Source: an uncultured Gammaproteobacteria bacterium (GTDB lineage Bacteria; Patescibacteriota; Patescibacteriia; 2-12-FULL-60-25). Taken from it: a stretch of 64,000 bases of DNA. Shown one piece after another: positions 25,353 through 34,915 of this stretch. The stretch lies in the NCBI GenBank assembly GCA_964415465.1, contig CAYQAL010000001.1, positions 66,749 through 130,748 on the forward strand. Direction: 5' to 3'. The notes under the pieces are model-generated. The model was not told the DNA's origin and did not search any database. It saw nothing but the letters and a program-made list of their open reading frames with translations. The position numbers and the translations under genes were made by a program. Each line of letters opens with the position of its first letter. Within the stretch, counting starts at the first letter, position 1.

Positions 25353-25391
25353 CTAGGTACCCAGACGCCAGTCACGCCAGATGCAGCTCAT
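25353..25391 (-). CDS. mini-ORF a: MSCIWRDWRLGT*
   Basis: AAGGAG 6 nt upstream, preceded by the hairpin GGGGA-ATCG-TCCCC. Confidence 0.3.
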   Translation of the reverse strand: MSCIWRDWRLGT

Positions 25392-25592
25392 GGAGTGCTC
25401 CTTGGTTGTTGGGGACGATTCCCCGTTCCGCGCTGCCTTGTCGTTGAGCCGAGTAGTCGCCGAAGCGACCGTGCTCTGTGACCGCGTTGCAGCGCGACCT
25501 AATAATATACTACAAATCTCAACTTTTGTCAATGTATTTGAATATTTTTGCCTAAATAAACAGAAAAACTCATTCCGAGGCTAGCTCAGATT

Positions 25593-25601
25593 TGCTATAC
25601 T
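25593..25601 (+). promoter_or_regulatory. extended -10 TGCTATACT upstream of the nuclease gene
   Basis: TTCCGA-17-TATACT with an upstream TGn; the ATG lies 17 nt downstream with no SD. Confidence 0.35.
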
Positions 25602-25618
25602 TTTTTTCATCACTTGCT

Positions 25619-26236
25619 ATGCCTGTCCCTTCTTCCTTTACAACAAAACGACTCATTCGTTTGGTAGGTGCGCTCTGTGTCGTCCTTTTATTTGGTGCGG
25701 CCCAACTTTGGCAGAGTGAAGGAAAATTGAGTTTACCGAGTACAGAAACAGCTTCGCTTGAAGGAACGGAGCAGTATTACACCGCTTCTACAACCAGAGG
25801 GGTCCTGGCGCTTGTCACGCGCACCGTGGATGGCGATACGATTGATGCAAAGATCGAGTCTTCTGGTGAAGTGGTAAAAGTTCGCTTTCTTGGGATGAAT
25901 ACGCCTGAGTCGGTTGATCCGCGTCGTCCCGTGCAATGTTTTGGAAAAGAGGCGTCGAATCGTTTGAAGGAGTTAATCGAGGGAAAGAACGTGTTACTGA
26001 TTGATGATCCAAAGGCTGACGATCGCGATAAATATGGGCGTTGGTTACGAAATGTTGTCCGTGTAGAAGATAGCTTGGATGTAAATGCGACGCTGGTGGC
26101 ACAAGGTTATGCGAATGCGTATCTTTCGTTTCCGTTGGATGCGAAACGTAAAGCACAGATCCGTGCTCTAGAAGAGGAGGCAAAAACAAACAAGCGCGGC
26201 CTTTGGAGTCCTTCAACGTGCGAAGGAAAAAAATAA
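25619..26236 (+). CDS. secreted thermonuclease (staphylococcal nuclease fold)
   Basis: N-terminal TM/signal sequence, then VDGDTIDA...VRFLGMNTPES...DKYGRWL...GYA motifs. Start trimmed to ATG 25619. Confidence 0.85.
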   Translation: MPVPSSFTTKRLIRLVGALCVVLLFGAAQLWQSEGKLSLPSTETASLEGTEQYYTASTTRGVLALVTRTVDGDTIDAKIESSGEVVKVRFLGMNTPESVDPRRPVQCFGKEASNRLKELIEGKNVLLIDDPKADDRDKYGRWLRNVVRVEDSLDVNATLVAQGYANAYLSFPLDAKRKAQIRALEEEAKTNKRGLWSPSTCEGKK

Positions 26237-26247
26237 AGTCGATAGTC

Positions 26248-26335
26248 AAACTGGCGAGAGGGACGTACTCACCCGGTCCGCAAGCGCTTCGCTAACACCA
26301 TTGCTCCCGGGTTCGCACATCCCTCTCGCCAGTTT
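26248..26335. terminator. long compound hairpin between convergent genes (bidirectional terminator candidate)
   Basis: 16-bp perfect outer stem AAACTGGCGAGAGGGA/TCCCTCTCGCCAGTTT, inner ACCCGG/CCGGGT stem, A-run upstream and T-run downstream. Confidence 0.55.
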
Positions 26336-26345
26336 TCTTTTTGAT

Positions 26346-27230
26346 TTATCTTAAGCCACGTAGGAACGATTCCCCGGACATGGGCTTTTTCCCCTCAGGT
26401 TGAACTTCATCTAAAGCGAGAATTGATCCAGTAGCACAGGAGATTTGAAGTTCGTTTATGTTTTGTTGGGTTGTGACATGTGCTTTCAGAACTTTCAAAC
26501 GTTTTCCTTTGTATTCAATCGTTGTGCCTGGCCAAGGGGTATAGGCGCGGACGAGTCGTTCCATTTGTTCGGCGGATTGCGTGGTTGGATCAAGCTTTCC
26601 ATCTTCACGAGACAAGAGTTTGACGAACGTAGCTTTACTGTGATCTTGCTCAATAGGGGAGATGGTTCCTTCGAGATACGCGTGGAGTGTTTTGATTAAT
26701 TGCGGTGCCGCTTCTTTGAACATGCGATCGCTGAGCGTGACGGTGGTTTCGTTTGGATGAAGTTTGGTCAGCGTTTGAGACAAAATGGATCCGTGATCCA
26801 TCTGGGCATCCATGAGCATGATCGTGTTTCCCGTTTCGGTGAGTCCATCGCGAATGGCGGCGGTCATAGGAATCGCGCCACGATAGGCTGGCAAAAGCGA
26901 AGGATGAACATTTAAGACGCCACGTGGATACAGGTCGAGGACGCGTTGCGAAATGATCTGGCCGAAACTCGCTACGATCGCAACGTCGGCGTTGAGCGTT
27001 GCAAGTGTGCTGTATGCTTCGTCAGATTTTACTTGTTCAAACTGAAATACCGGCAGGTTGAGCTGCTCAGCGAGAGGTTTCATCGGCGGGGGCGTGAGGG
27101 CTCCACTTCTTCCCGTTGGGCGATCTGGCTGCGTGACAACTCCAACCACCGTGAGTGAAGGATCTTGAACGAGCGCTTCTAAACATGGCGCAACGAAGGC
27201 GGACGTTCCGTAAAAAACAACGCGAATCAT
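26346..27230 (-). CDS. fmt: methionyl-tRNA formyltransferase
   Basis: N-terminal formyltransferase fold, HPSLLPAYRG motif; sits in a def-fmt operon context. Confidence 0.9.
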   Translation of the reverse strand: MIRVVFYGTSAFVAPCLEALVQDPSLTVVGVVTQPDRPTGRSGALTPPPMKPLAEQLNLPVFQFEQVKSDEAYSTLATLNADVAIVASFGQIISQRVLDLYPRGVLNVHPSLLPAYRGAIPMTAAIRDGLTETGNTIMLMDAQMDHGSILSQTLTKLHPNETTVTLSDRMFKEAAPQLIKTLHAYLEGTISPIEQDHSKATFVKLLSREDGKLDPTTQSAEQMERLVRAYTPWPGTTIEYKGKRLKVLKAHVTTQQNINELQISCATGSILALDEVQPEGKKPMSGESFLRGLR

Positions 27231-27239
27231 GATGAGATA

Positions 27240-27722
27240 TTAGATGCGTGAGTTGCTGCCTTTTACCATCTTGGTCGCTTTATCAATAAACAAGATGCCA
27301 TCTAAGTGGTCGATTTCATGTTGAAACACGATCGCGGGGAATCCCTTCAGATCCATCACAACACGTTTGCCATGGCGGTTAATGGCTTCGACGGTTACTT
27401 TTTTATGACGTGGAACGATGCCGTACTGCTTTGGAACGCTGAGACAGCCTTCTTCGCTTTCAACCATCCCCTCGGATGTTTTGGTGAGCACGGGGTTCAT
27501 GTAGCACTCAGGACGAGCTCCTGTGTTGACGACGATCGCGCGAATGTTGCGGCCAACCTGAGGGGATGCGATTCCAACGCCATCTTCGACAAACATGGTT
27601 CGAACCAGCTTGTCGAGGTAGGCCTGAAATTCAGGGGTAGTGATTTCTTCAACCGAAAGTTCGACCGAGCGCTCGCGAAGGCTCGGGGTCGGAATCGTCA
27701 CAATCGGAAACGTATCTTGCAT
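27240..27722 (-). CDS. def: peptide deformylase
   Basis: GIASPQVG, EGCLS and QHEIDHLDG motifs. Confidence 0.9.
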   Translation of the reverse strand: MQDTFPIVTIPTPSLRERSVELSVEEITTPEFQAYLDKLVRTMFVEDGVGIASPQVGRNIRAIVVNTGARPECYMNPVLTKTSEGMVESEEGCLSVPKQYGIVPRHKKVTVEAINRHGKRVVMDLKGFPAIVFQHEIDHLDGILFIDKATKMVKGSNSRI

Positions 27723-27733
27723 GACAAGCTAGG

Positions 27734-29473
27734 CTACTTGAAAAACGCGATTGGATCAAGGTCAATAAGCGCTGAGGCGGCTAAGGGTTGTAAGAGTTCA
27801 ACAAGCGAAGATTCGCTGATTTCGGGGCTAAACAAGAGATGGACCACGGAGCGTGCGCCTGAGCCCGGTCGTCGAAATTCGACCGGAAACGGGCCTTCAA
27901 TTGTCCCTTGTTCACGAAGAAGTTGTTTGGCTTGGGTGAGCCAGGTGGCGACAGCGGCGTCTGTTCCATCGATCAGACATTTCACGCGTCGCCAGGTTGG
28001 CGGATAATGGAAGAGCCGACGTGTTTCGAGCTCGGCGTCGGACGTTTGTTTTACCCCATCAGCGGTTTTCCAGGCCGGCCAGGTTTCAAGATCTTGTTCA
28101 GGTGTTTGAATGATAAGCCGTCCTTCGGCGCGGCGCACACGATTCATCAAGCGACGAGCCGCAATCATCCGACGCTCGGTGCGGCGAACATCTTCAATCG
28201 CGCCGCCGAATAGGTGGCTCAGGGTGAGAGCGACCAAGCTCTTGGGAGGAATCGGCTGCTCCAACAACTCATTGGTTGTATCTCGCCAATCGATGACAAT
28301 CGCTGGTTCAGCGCGTGACCAAGCTTTTTTCAGTTGTTCGATACCAGGAATCGCTTTGCCTAAGTCAGCGCTCCCACAAGAGTCGCAGGTAAGAGGAAGG
28401 GCTTGCGTATGACCACACGAGCGGCAGACGGCACGCGTCTCTTCAGCGGCAACGGGTGCGCCGCAATGCGCACAGGTCGCCTGCCAACTGCAATCACGGC
28501 AGGTGAGGCGTCCAGCTCGACCGCGAATTGGATGGATGACAATAACTGGTCCTTCGTGTTCCTGGATGGCGAGCGCTGTGTCGGCCTGGATGCTCGGCGT
28601 CGCTGAACGCCCGCCTGGATGAAAGGCGTGAACATCTAAGGTGCAGTCGATATCTGGCGCGGTTGTGTTGGCATGAAGCGGAGGTGTTAAGCCAAACGCT
28701 TCCACGCGCACACCGGCGTACTTAGCAGCCCAGCCTGCTATACGACGGGCATCGTACCGTGGGGCCTGTTCGTCTTGTTTGTGATCGTCATTCTCTGGTT
28801 CATCAATCAAGACCAGATCGACGGTTGGGGCGAGCCAGGCGCCTAAGCGTGTTGCGATGACACAGGGGGTTTCGCCCGAAACGCAGCGAGACCAATTGGC
28901 AAAATAGGCGCCATGGGCGAGATCACCATGCAAGGGGAGAGGATCGGGCGTTACGGCTTGTAGGGCCTGACGAAAGAGGTCGATGCGTTGCGTCCAAGGT
29001 GTGAGAATAAGCACGCGCTGACCCTGGTTTAACGCCTCTTTGGCGCGCTCTATCAGTTCTGTTTCATGATCTACACTCCAATATGCATGAGCGCTCCCTG
29101 TTTTTTCTGAGAATGTTTTTGCCCCTCGTGTAGGAGTTTCCTGCTTTGGAAACCGTTTAGGGAGCGTATCCAGCCAAGCGTGCAAGACGGTCGGTAATGA
29201 AGAAAATGTGCGTTCAGCCACCCAGGTCAGCAGCTCAAGGCAGGCCGGGGGAAGCGTAAGCGATGCGGGGATTGGTCCAACAATCGGTTTTGCTCGACTC
29301 GCAAAGGCGCTCGTTGGTTTAATCGATCGAATAACCGCTTCCGTAGTATGGCCGCGTAATAAAATATAGACGAACTGTCCTACTTGATAAGATGTTTTTG
29401 TTTCATCAAACGAATAATCAAACCCATCTAAGCCGAAGGGCGTTCTGCGAATGGGAATAACTTCAGCAAACAT
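27734..29473 (-). CDS. priA: primosomal protein N' (PriA)-like, with a degenerate ATPase motif I
   Basis: N-terminal 3'-DNA-binding-like region and Cys4-Cys4 zinc fingers (CRDCSWQATCAHCGAPV...CRSCGH...CDSCGS). LIDEPE stands in place of DEEH. No GSGKT P-loop where one is expected. Confidence 0.75.
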   Translation of the reverse strand: MFAEVIPIRRTPFGLDGFDYSFDETKTSYQVGQFVYILLRGHTTEAVIRSIKPTSAFASRAKPIVGPIPASLTLPPACLELLTWVAERTFSSLPTVLHAWLDTLPKRFPKQETPTRGAKTFSEKTGSAHAYWSVDHETELIERAKEALNQGQRVLILTPWTQRIDLFRQALQAVTPDPLPLHGDLAHGAYFANWSRCVSGETPCVIATRLGAWLAPTVDLVLIDEPENDDHKQDEQAPRYDARRIAGWAAKYAGVRVEAFGLTPPLHANTTAPDIDCTLDVHAFHPGGRSATPSIQADTALAIQEHEGPVIVIHPIRGRAGRLTCRDCSWQATCAHCGAPVAAEETRAVCRSCGHTQALPLTCDSCGSADLGKAIPGIEQLKKAWSRAEPAIVIDWRDTTNELLEQPIPPKSLVALTLSHLFGGAIEDVRRTERRMIAARRLMNRVRRAEGRLIIQTPEQDLETWPAWKTADGVKQTSDAELETRRLFHYPPTWRRVKCLIDGTDAAVATWLTQAKQLLREQGTIEGPFPVEFRRPGSGARSVVHLLFSPEISESSLVELLQPLAASALIDLDPIAFFK

Positions 29474-30264
29474 CAGAGGAGTTCAAATTCGGCCGTGTAC
29501 ATACCAACGCCGAAAGGGGCTTCGTAGCACAACACGTTGGGCTTCACGTGTATCTTTTGAATGGCCCCGAGCAACATCGAAATTGGCTGAGCGGCGCACT
29601 GTTTGGCGTCGGTCAACGTCTGTTGGCTCAGTGCAAGAATTGGAGCTGGGTCTACCTGCTCAACAGCTGATTTCACAGCGGCTTCAAAGGCGGGTCCCGC
29701 TTCGTTCACCCCGTGCTGTGATCGTTCGTTGGCGTGATGCGAGAGGTCGGCGGCGGCAAAAAGAGCGACACGACGGGTGTCGTCGTGAATGGTTTGCATC
29801 ACTTCCTGGCCAAATTTGGCATGTTCCTCGTTCGAGAGTCCAGAAATGCTGAGCGGAACGATTTTTACATTTGGTAGGTGGCTTAACAAAAAGTACAGCG
29901 AGATCGTCATGCCGTAGTCCAGCTTCTCTTCACTCATCAAAGAGAAAGGGATGCTGGTTTCTCGCATGTGTCGATGGAGGTGATCGATGAACAGTGAATC
30001 ACCTTTGGCTTTGACCGTTGTGCCGTGATCACCAAATTCTTTCAGATTACCTGTGTAGCTTGGAGCGATGTTGCAGCTAAACCCATCCGGATAGTACGCC
30101 GCATGTGATGAAACCAACACCAGTGTATCGGGTTTCGCCGTATAGAGATGCTCTTCGAGGGTTCGATAGGCATCGAGTGTGTGAGTTAATTCACCGCAAT
30201 GTTCTTTTCCGATGGTCGGAATGAGCAGTGGGGAATGGGGGGCGATGGCAGAAAAGACAAGCAT
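29473..30264 (-). CDS. LigB-family protein (class III extradiol dioxygenase subunit B / Memo-like fold)
   Basis: N-terminal APHSPLL, SSHAAYY, DYG, DLSHH motifs. ATGA overlap with the priA start. Confidence 0.6.
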   Translation of the reverse strand: MLVFSAIAPHSPLLIPTIGKEHCGELTHTLDAYRTLEEHLYTAKPDTLVLVSSHAAYYPDGFSCNIAPSYTGNLKEFGDHGTTVKAKGDSLFIDHLHRHMRETSIPFSLMSEEKLDYGMTISLYFLLSHLPNVKIVPLSISGLSNEEHAKFGQEVMQTIHDDTRRVALFAAADLSHHANERSQHGVNEAGPAFEAAVKSAVEQVDPAPILALSQQTLTDAKQCAAQPISMLLGAIQKIHVKPNVLCYEAPFGVGMYTAEFELL

Positions 30265-30274
30265 ACAAAAAGGG

Positions 30275-31765
30275 TTAGAGAGCAGAGGAAATAGCGACGC
30301 GAGCTATGGTGTCTTCTTCAAGCTCAAGTGGGGCGTGTGGGCGGACGACAGGGCCAAGAGCGTAGGCTTCGATCACGCGATCCGGCAGTATGACGACATT
30401 TTTCCATTCATACCCAAGCTCGTTGAAGTCGGCTTCGCTCGTAATTGGTCGGCGCTGGCCGTCCTCGATGACGTAGACGGAAGAGGCTTTTTTCCCGCGA
30501 ACGAGCTCACCATCTTGTAATCCATAAGCTTTCCCTTCTGGGATAGCGCTAAGTTGTTTTGTCGTCCAGCTACGTGCAGTACGACCACGGAAGTATAAGT
30601 TCAAGAACGTGATATCAGGAATGCGTTGGCGAACGCCGTTCTCAATATACCAGTACACCTTGCTCGTATCTTTTACGAGCAAGCCAGTTGGATAGGTTGT
30701 TGAGGTCGTGATGTCTGGACCGTCGGTATAGCTTGCGAGATCAGCTGGAGCTGCCTCAACTAATTCGTCCTCGTTGAAGCCGAATTTTTCAAACGCTTTG
30801 CTTTGGATGAGACGCTTCGTTGTTCCTACGAGTAAGTAACGTGTTCCATCCGTCAGCTGAACGAGCGAATAGTTTGGGAAGCTGACGGGTGCCCCTAAGC
30901 GGTAGCCACTCAAACGGCTGTCATCAACCGCGACAATTTTACTCGTATCAATGAGCGAAGCGGCGACGGCAGCGTTTTTGATCAAGCGTTTTTCGCTGAA
31001 GCGAAGCAAGTAGATCTCGCCTGAGGTTTTTCCGCGGACGATCGTGCCTTCTGGGAAGCGGAGCGTAAACCAACGCTGCCAGATTTTCCACAGATTGAAG
31101 TTTCCGGCGATGTGCGGGGTGTAGCTATAAAGCATCGCTGTCGCATTGTTGACAGGTGTCACACTCCGTCCGCTGATTGTCACGGTTTTGCCAGGCGCTT
31201 GTCCGGCGATCGTTGCGCCGCGTCCTAAGATTTGGATGAGATACTTTTCGCGATGTTGTTTCGCGGCCCACTCGAGCTGGCTCGCGAAGCCCTTAAACTC
31301 CTGGAGTCGCGGATCATTCATCGAGCAGTTATCACAGATCGCGTAGCCTGTCGCCCAGTCGTATTGCTTTTGCGTTGGGTCAGGATCGTCAACCAGGCTT
31401 TGCTCTTTTTGAAGAAGTGCTAAGAGATAGCGTGGATTGATTTGATAGGTCGTTGCAACGCGCCACAAGATTTCAGACGCCTTTCGTTCTACGCCGTCGA
31501 TATCCGTGGTGCGATAACGCGCTAATGTCCCAGGTCGCGACTCCAAAAAGGACTGAACGTCGCCCAGCTGCATCTCACCGAGTCCAAAAATATCTTTATC
31601 GTCTAAGACGTAGTTTGGGTTGAACTCGGCTTGAGTTGTTTCAAAAACGTCCGTAGAGGAGGCAGTTTGCGCGAGCACGCTGGAAGCGCTTCCTCCGGCT
31701 AATGGGAAAAGCAAGGCAAGACTCACGAGTCGTTTTTTCCAAACAGCGGCCATAGGACGAGACAT
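30275..31765 (-). CDS. secreted hypothetical protein (possible cell-wall associated)
   Basis: Signal-like N-terminus. The segment INPRYLLALLQKEQSLV resembles wall-hydrolase accessory regions (weak, from memory). Confidence 0.55.
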   Translation of the reverse strand: MSRPMAAVWKKRLVSLALLFPLAGGSASSVLAQTASSTDVFETTQAEFNPNYVLDDKDIFGLGEMQLGDVQSFLESRPGTLARYRTTDIDGVERKASEILWRVATTYQINPRYLLALLQKEQSLVDDPDPTQKQYDWATGYAICDNCSMNDPRLQEFKGFASQLEWAAKQHREKYLIQILGRGATIAGQAPGKTVTISGRSVTPVNNATAMLYSYTPHIAGNFNLWKIWQRWFTLRFPEGTIVRGKTSGEIYLLRFSEKRLIKNAAVAASLIDTSKIVAVDDSRLSGYRLGAPVSFPNYSLVQLTDGTRYLLVGTTKRLIQSKAFEKFGFNEDELVEAAPADLASYTDGPDITTSTTYPTGLLVKDTSKVYWYIENGVRQRIPDITFLNLYFRGRTARSWTTKQLSAIPEGKAYGLQDGELVRGKKASSVYVIEDGQRRPITSEADFNELGYEWKNVVILPDRVIEAYALGPVVRPHAPLELEEDTIARVAISSAL

Positions 31766-31823
31766 GGCAGAAATGGTACCTCACCGGTTCGCCACGTGCT
31801 AGCATAGGAGCGACCATAGCCGC

Positions 31824-33455
31824 ATGCCACGTTTTTCCCTCGCCAACCTACCGATCTCGGTGCTCCTTCTCTGGGGAGCGTTATTTGCGAGTGCGCTTGT
31901 CCTTCCGAGCGTCAATACAGGGATTTTTGCCTCACCAGACGAGACAGCGGTGGCGGTATCGATACAGCGTCTTCAGGCGACAGGAAGCGCGACTGTACCG
32001 GAACCACTAGCCGTTGAAGCTCCCTGGCTTCATCCGAGAAGCTACGTGGCGACAGGCGAGTCGCTGGTCCCGGTTGGATTTTTGGGTTGGCCCTGGTGGT
32101 TGGCACGGATTGGATTTTTGCCGATGACGGTGTTGGCTTGGGTTGCAAGTATCGTAGCTGTCTCGGGTTGTGTCCCGTGGTATCTGCTTCTTCGAAAGAG
32201 GTTTGGAGGAACAGCTGCTTGGTGGGGAACGGCGCTCGCCTGGACGTTTCCGGCGGTTCTTCTCTACGTAAACCGATCACTCTTCAGCCACTTGCCTCAG
32301 TACTCGTTGGTGTTGTGGTCGTTATGGTTCCTGGTAACCACGTTTACAGATGAGCTGAGCTTGAATAAGCGACTCGTTCGTCAGCTGCTGAGTGGGTTGT
32401 TATTTGGAATCGCCCTGTCATTTCGGCCCATGGAAACGATCTGGTTGGTACCAGTGTTTTTATTGACGCTTGCTCAATTTGGAAAGATCCAGTGGAGAAC
32501 CCTTCTGCTCGTCGCTGCGGCAACGGTGGTTGGGGTCCTGCCATTATTTTGGGCTCAAGTCCATACCTACGGAAGTTGGTTTCAGGTTGGGTATTGGATT
32601 CAGTCGAATACGGATCCTGCAGCCGTTGCTATTCCTCAGCTTGTGACCGGGGCGGCGAAGCCGTGGTACTTGGTCTTCGCTCCCTATGGCCTTCATCCAC
32701 GCAACGCGCTCTGGAACGTGCGTTCGTTTTTCCTGAGTTATCTCTGGCCATGGGCCGTCGTAACAGGCGTACTCGTTCTGTATGCCGTCTCCCGCCAGCT
32801 TGCCTTGTTCCGTGAGCATGTTCAGAGCCGAAATAAACAGGTGATGTCTCTGGTGCGTACTCTCCTTGTCTTGGGGGCGGTCGTGGGCTGGCTTCTGCTT
32901 ATCTATGGAAGCGGACTGTACGCGGACCATGTGAGGCCGGGAGCCGTTACGCTTGCTAACTCGTTTCTTCGGTATACGCTTCCCTTTGGGTTTGTGTTCG
33001 CGTGGGCGGTTGCCGCGTTCCGTCAGCGTCTCGAGCAGACGCGTTTCCCTCAAGCTCGTCGGCTGTTTTCTGCTGCGGCTGCGTGTCTACTCATATTCGG
33101 CGTTTTTACCGCGTTCGCGCGCGATGAAGAGGGGATTCTCGCTACTCGAAAAGAGCTCGGAACCTACACAACTATCCGTGCAGCAGCTCTGAAGGCCTTT
33201 CAACCGAATGACGTGATCCTCTCCGAACGTTCCGACAAGATTTTCTTCCCTGTCTTTAAAGTCGCGACGCCGTTACCAACCAAAGAGCAGCTCTCGCATC
33301 TAGCTCAAGCTTCCTCTTCAACGGCGATCGGTCTCTTCCGTCGACCGCTATCCCTCACCGAGCGCGACGACTGGCGCAAGATGGGGTACGATGTGCGTGA
33401 AGTGCAGGCGTTCGAGCGTGAACGTCTCTATCGACTCACCCCTTTTCTCCGATGA
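31824..33455 (+). CDS. GT39/GT83-like (ArnT/PMT-type) membrane glycosyltransferase
   Basis: More than 10 TM helices, with an SPDE motif in the first extracytoplasmic loop. Confidence 0.6.
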   Translation: MPRFSLANLPISVLLLWGALFASALVLPSVNTGIFASPDETAVAVSIQRLQATGSATVPEPLAVEAPWLHPRSYVATGESLVPVGFLGWPWWLARIGFLPMTVLAWVASIVAVSGCVPWYLLLRKRFGGTAAWWGTALAWTFPAVLLYVNRSLFSHLPQYSLVLWSLWFLVTTFTDELSLNKRLVRQLLSGLLFGIALSFRPMETIWLVPVFLLTLAQFGKIQWRTLLLVAAATVVGVLPLFWAQVHTYGSWFQVGYWIQSNTDPAAVAIPQLVTGAAKPWYLVFAPYGLHPRNALWNVRSFFLSYLWPWAVVTGVLVLYAVSRQLALFREHVQSRNKQVMSLVRTLLVLGAVVGWLLLIYGSGLYADHVRPGAVTLANSFLRYTLPFGFVFAWAVAAFRQRLEQTRFPQARRLFSAAAACLLIFGVFTAFARDEEGILATRKELGTYTTIRAAALKAFQPNDVILSERSDKIFFPVFKVATPLPTKEQLSHLAQASSSTAIGLFRRPLSLTERDDWRKMGYDVREVQAFERERLYRLTPFLR

Positions 33456-34915
33456 GTAAACGCGTTCCTTGGTTTCTTGCCTGGATGTTTCTCCTGCCGT
33501 GGCTTGTGGCCGGGTTGGTTGTCTTGATCTTGGTCTTAAAGCACATCCCACCGAGCGGTGTCTGGCAAGAGTCATTTGCTTTTGATGGATCTTCTCCTTG
33601 GCTCGCGACGTTTCTTCCGTCTGATCGCGTAACTCGTCCAGAGCGACAGTCTGATGGGTCGGTGGCGCAGCGGATTGTGGCAGAACCAGTGTATGCTTCA
33701 GCGCGCGTTCCGATTGTGGCGGATACGGCGGCACTCACACTCGAGGCGAAGGTTCATCGTCAGCCGCTCATAGAGCTTGGCGGAAGTCAGGATCTGCTTG
33801 GTTCGACTGAGACACTCCCTGTGTGGAGCGAAGTATTGTCTAAAGGTTGGCGAAGAGTTGCGAAGGGTAATCTCGTTGGCTACGTCCGTGATGGATTGCC
33901 GGATGATCGCTTGTGGAATGCTCCCGCAGATCGTGTGCTTCTCTGGCATGCCTCGACGACGCTTGGAACAGAGATTGAGCTACCGACGGTAGAACGATCC
34001 GTCGCGCTCTCATTGCGCGGGTCGCATGACGTGTACTTTATCCCAACGCGTGGCGCGAACTTTTTCCGCTTCCGTGTTCAAGACATGAATCGTGCGCGCA
34101 AAGGAGGAAATACCCTGTCATTCCGTCTCTTAGTCGGCGATGAAGTCGTCTGGACCGATGTCATGACGTTCCCAACACGAACGGAAAACGCGCCAAGCTC
34201 TGTCTTTGAAAAACGGATTCAATTTAATGCCTTAGAGCCGGGAACGTATCGTTTAGCCTTATCGGCTGATGATGATGTTTTCTTGCGTGGAGTGGCAACG
34301 AACATTCGTCATTGGGTGGTGGGCCCTCGTCTTTACGTGGGAGATCAGACGGGCTACGCCACTACCACCTATCCGCTTCACGCTTGGACGAATTCCCAGC
34401 ACCTTTCAGCTGAGACGCGTCATCGAGAAGGGTTGCAAACAGTGCACTTAGGGCAGGCGACAGTTGAACTTGAACAAACGCATTCAGTGTATCGTTTGTC
34501 GCGCGCTCCGTCTGAGCGAGCGGGTGACCGGGTGATCGATGCGCCAGCTGGTGATTTGTTACTCTATGGGGATGGCTTTTTTGCCTTTGAACCAGACGCA
34601 CTGTTTCTTCCAAAGCCTCGTCGTCTCACCGATCAATCTGATCCAATCGCGGAGGGGATCGAGGTTATCCAAACGTCGTATCTTCCTCCGGAAATACTCC
34701 CGGATGGCTGGATTCGGTTAACGGCTAGTGTCCCATTGCTCCAAGATATCGATCGTGTTCGTTGGACATTAGGTTTACCTGGAATCACGACGCGCCAAGG
34801 CTGGGTTGAGGTTCGTCGTGCGGAGGTTCGCTATACGCGCCATCCGGCCACCACGTGGCGTGACTGGTGGAAACTCGGTCGACGTGAACTTGCCGCCGCC
34901 TGGCACCGCCTATGA
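33452..34915 (+). CDS. membrane-anchored hypothetical protein
   Basis: 4-nt overlap with the upstream glycosyltransferase gene; N-terminal TM helix; no motif recognised. Confidence 0.6.
   Translation: MSKRVPWFLAWMFLLPWLVAGLVVLILVLKHIPPSGVWQESFAFDGSSPWLATFLPSDRVTRPERQSDGSVAQRIVAEPVYASARVPIVADTAALTLEAKVHRQPLIELGGSQDLLGSTETLPVWSEVLSKGWRRVAKGNLVGYVRDGLPDDRLWNAPADRVLLWHASTTLGTEIELPTVERSVALSLRGSHDVYFIPTRGANFFRFRVQDMNRARKGGNTLSFRLLVGDEVVWTDVMTFPTRTENAPSSVFEKRIQFNALEPGTYRLALSADDDVFLRGVATNIRHWVVGPRLYVGDQTGYATTTYPLHAWTNSQHLSAETRHREGLQTVHLGQATVELEQTHSVYRLSRAPSERAGDRVIDAPAGDLLLYGDGFFAFEPDALFLPKPRRLTDQSDPIAEGIEVIQTSYLPPEILPDGWIRLTASVPLLQDIDRVRWTLGLPGITTRQGWVEVRRAEVRYTRHPATTWRDWWKLGRRELAAAWHRL

Larger units (their letters stand above)
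24095..25500. other. high-GC island 4 (~1.4 kb) without any convincing long ORF
   Basis: GC-rich, with many hairpins. The only long ORFs are R/P-rich shadow frames. Contains five SD-led mini-ORFs on the minus strand. Confidence 0.6.
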
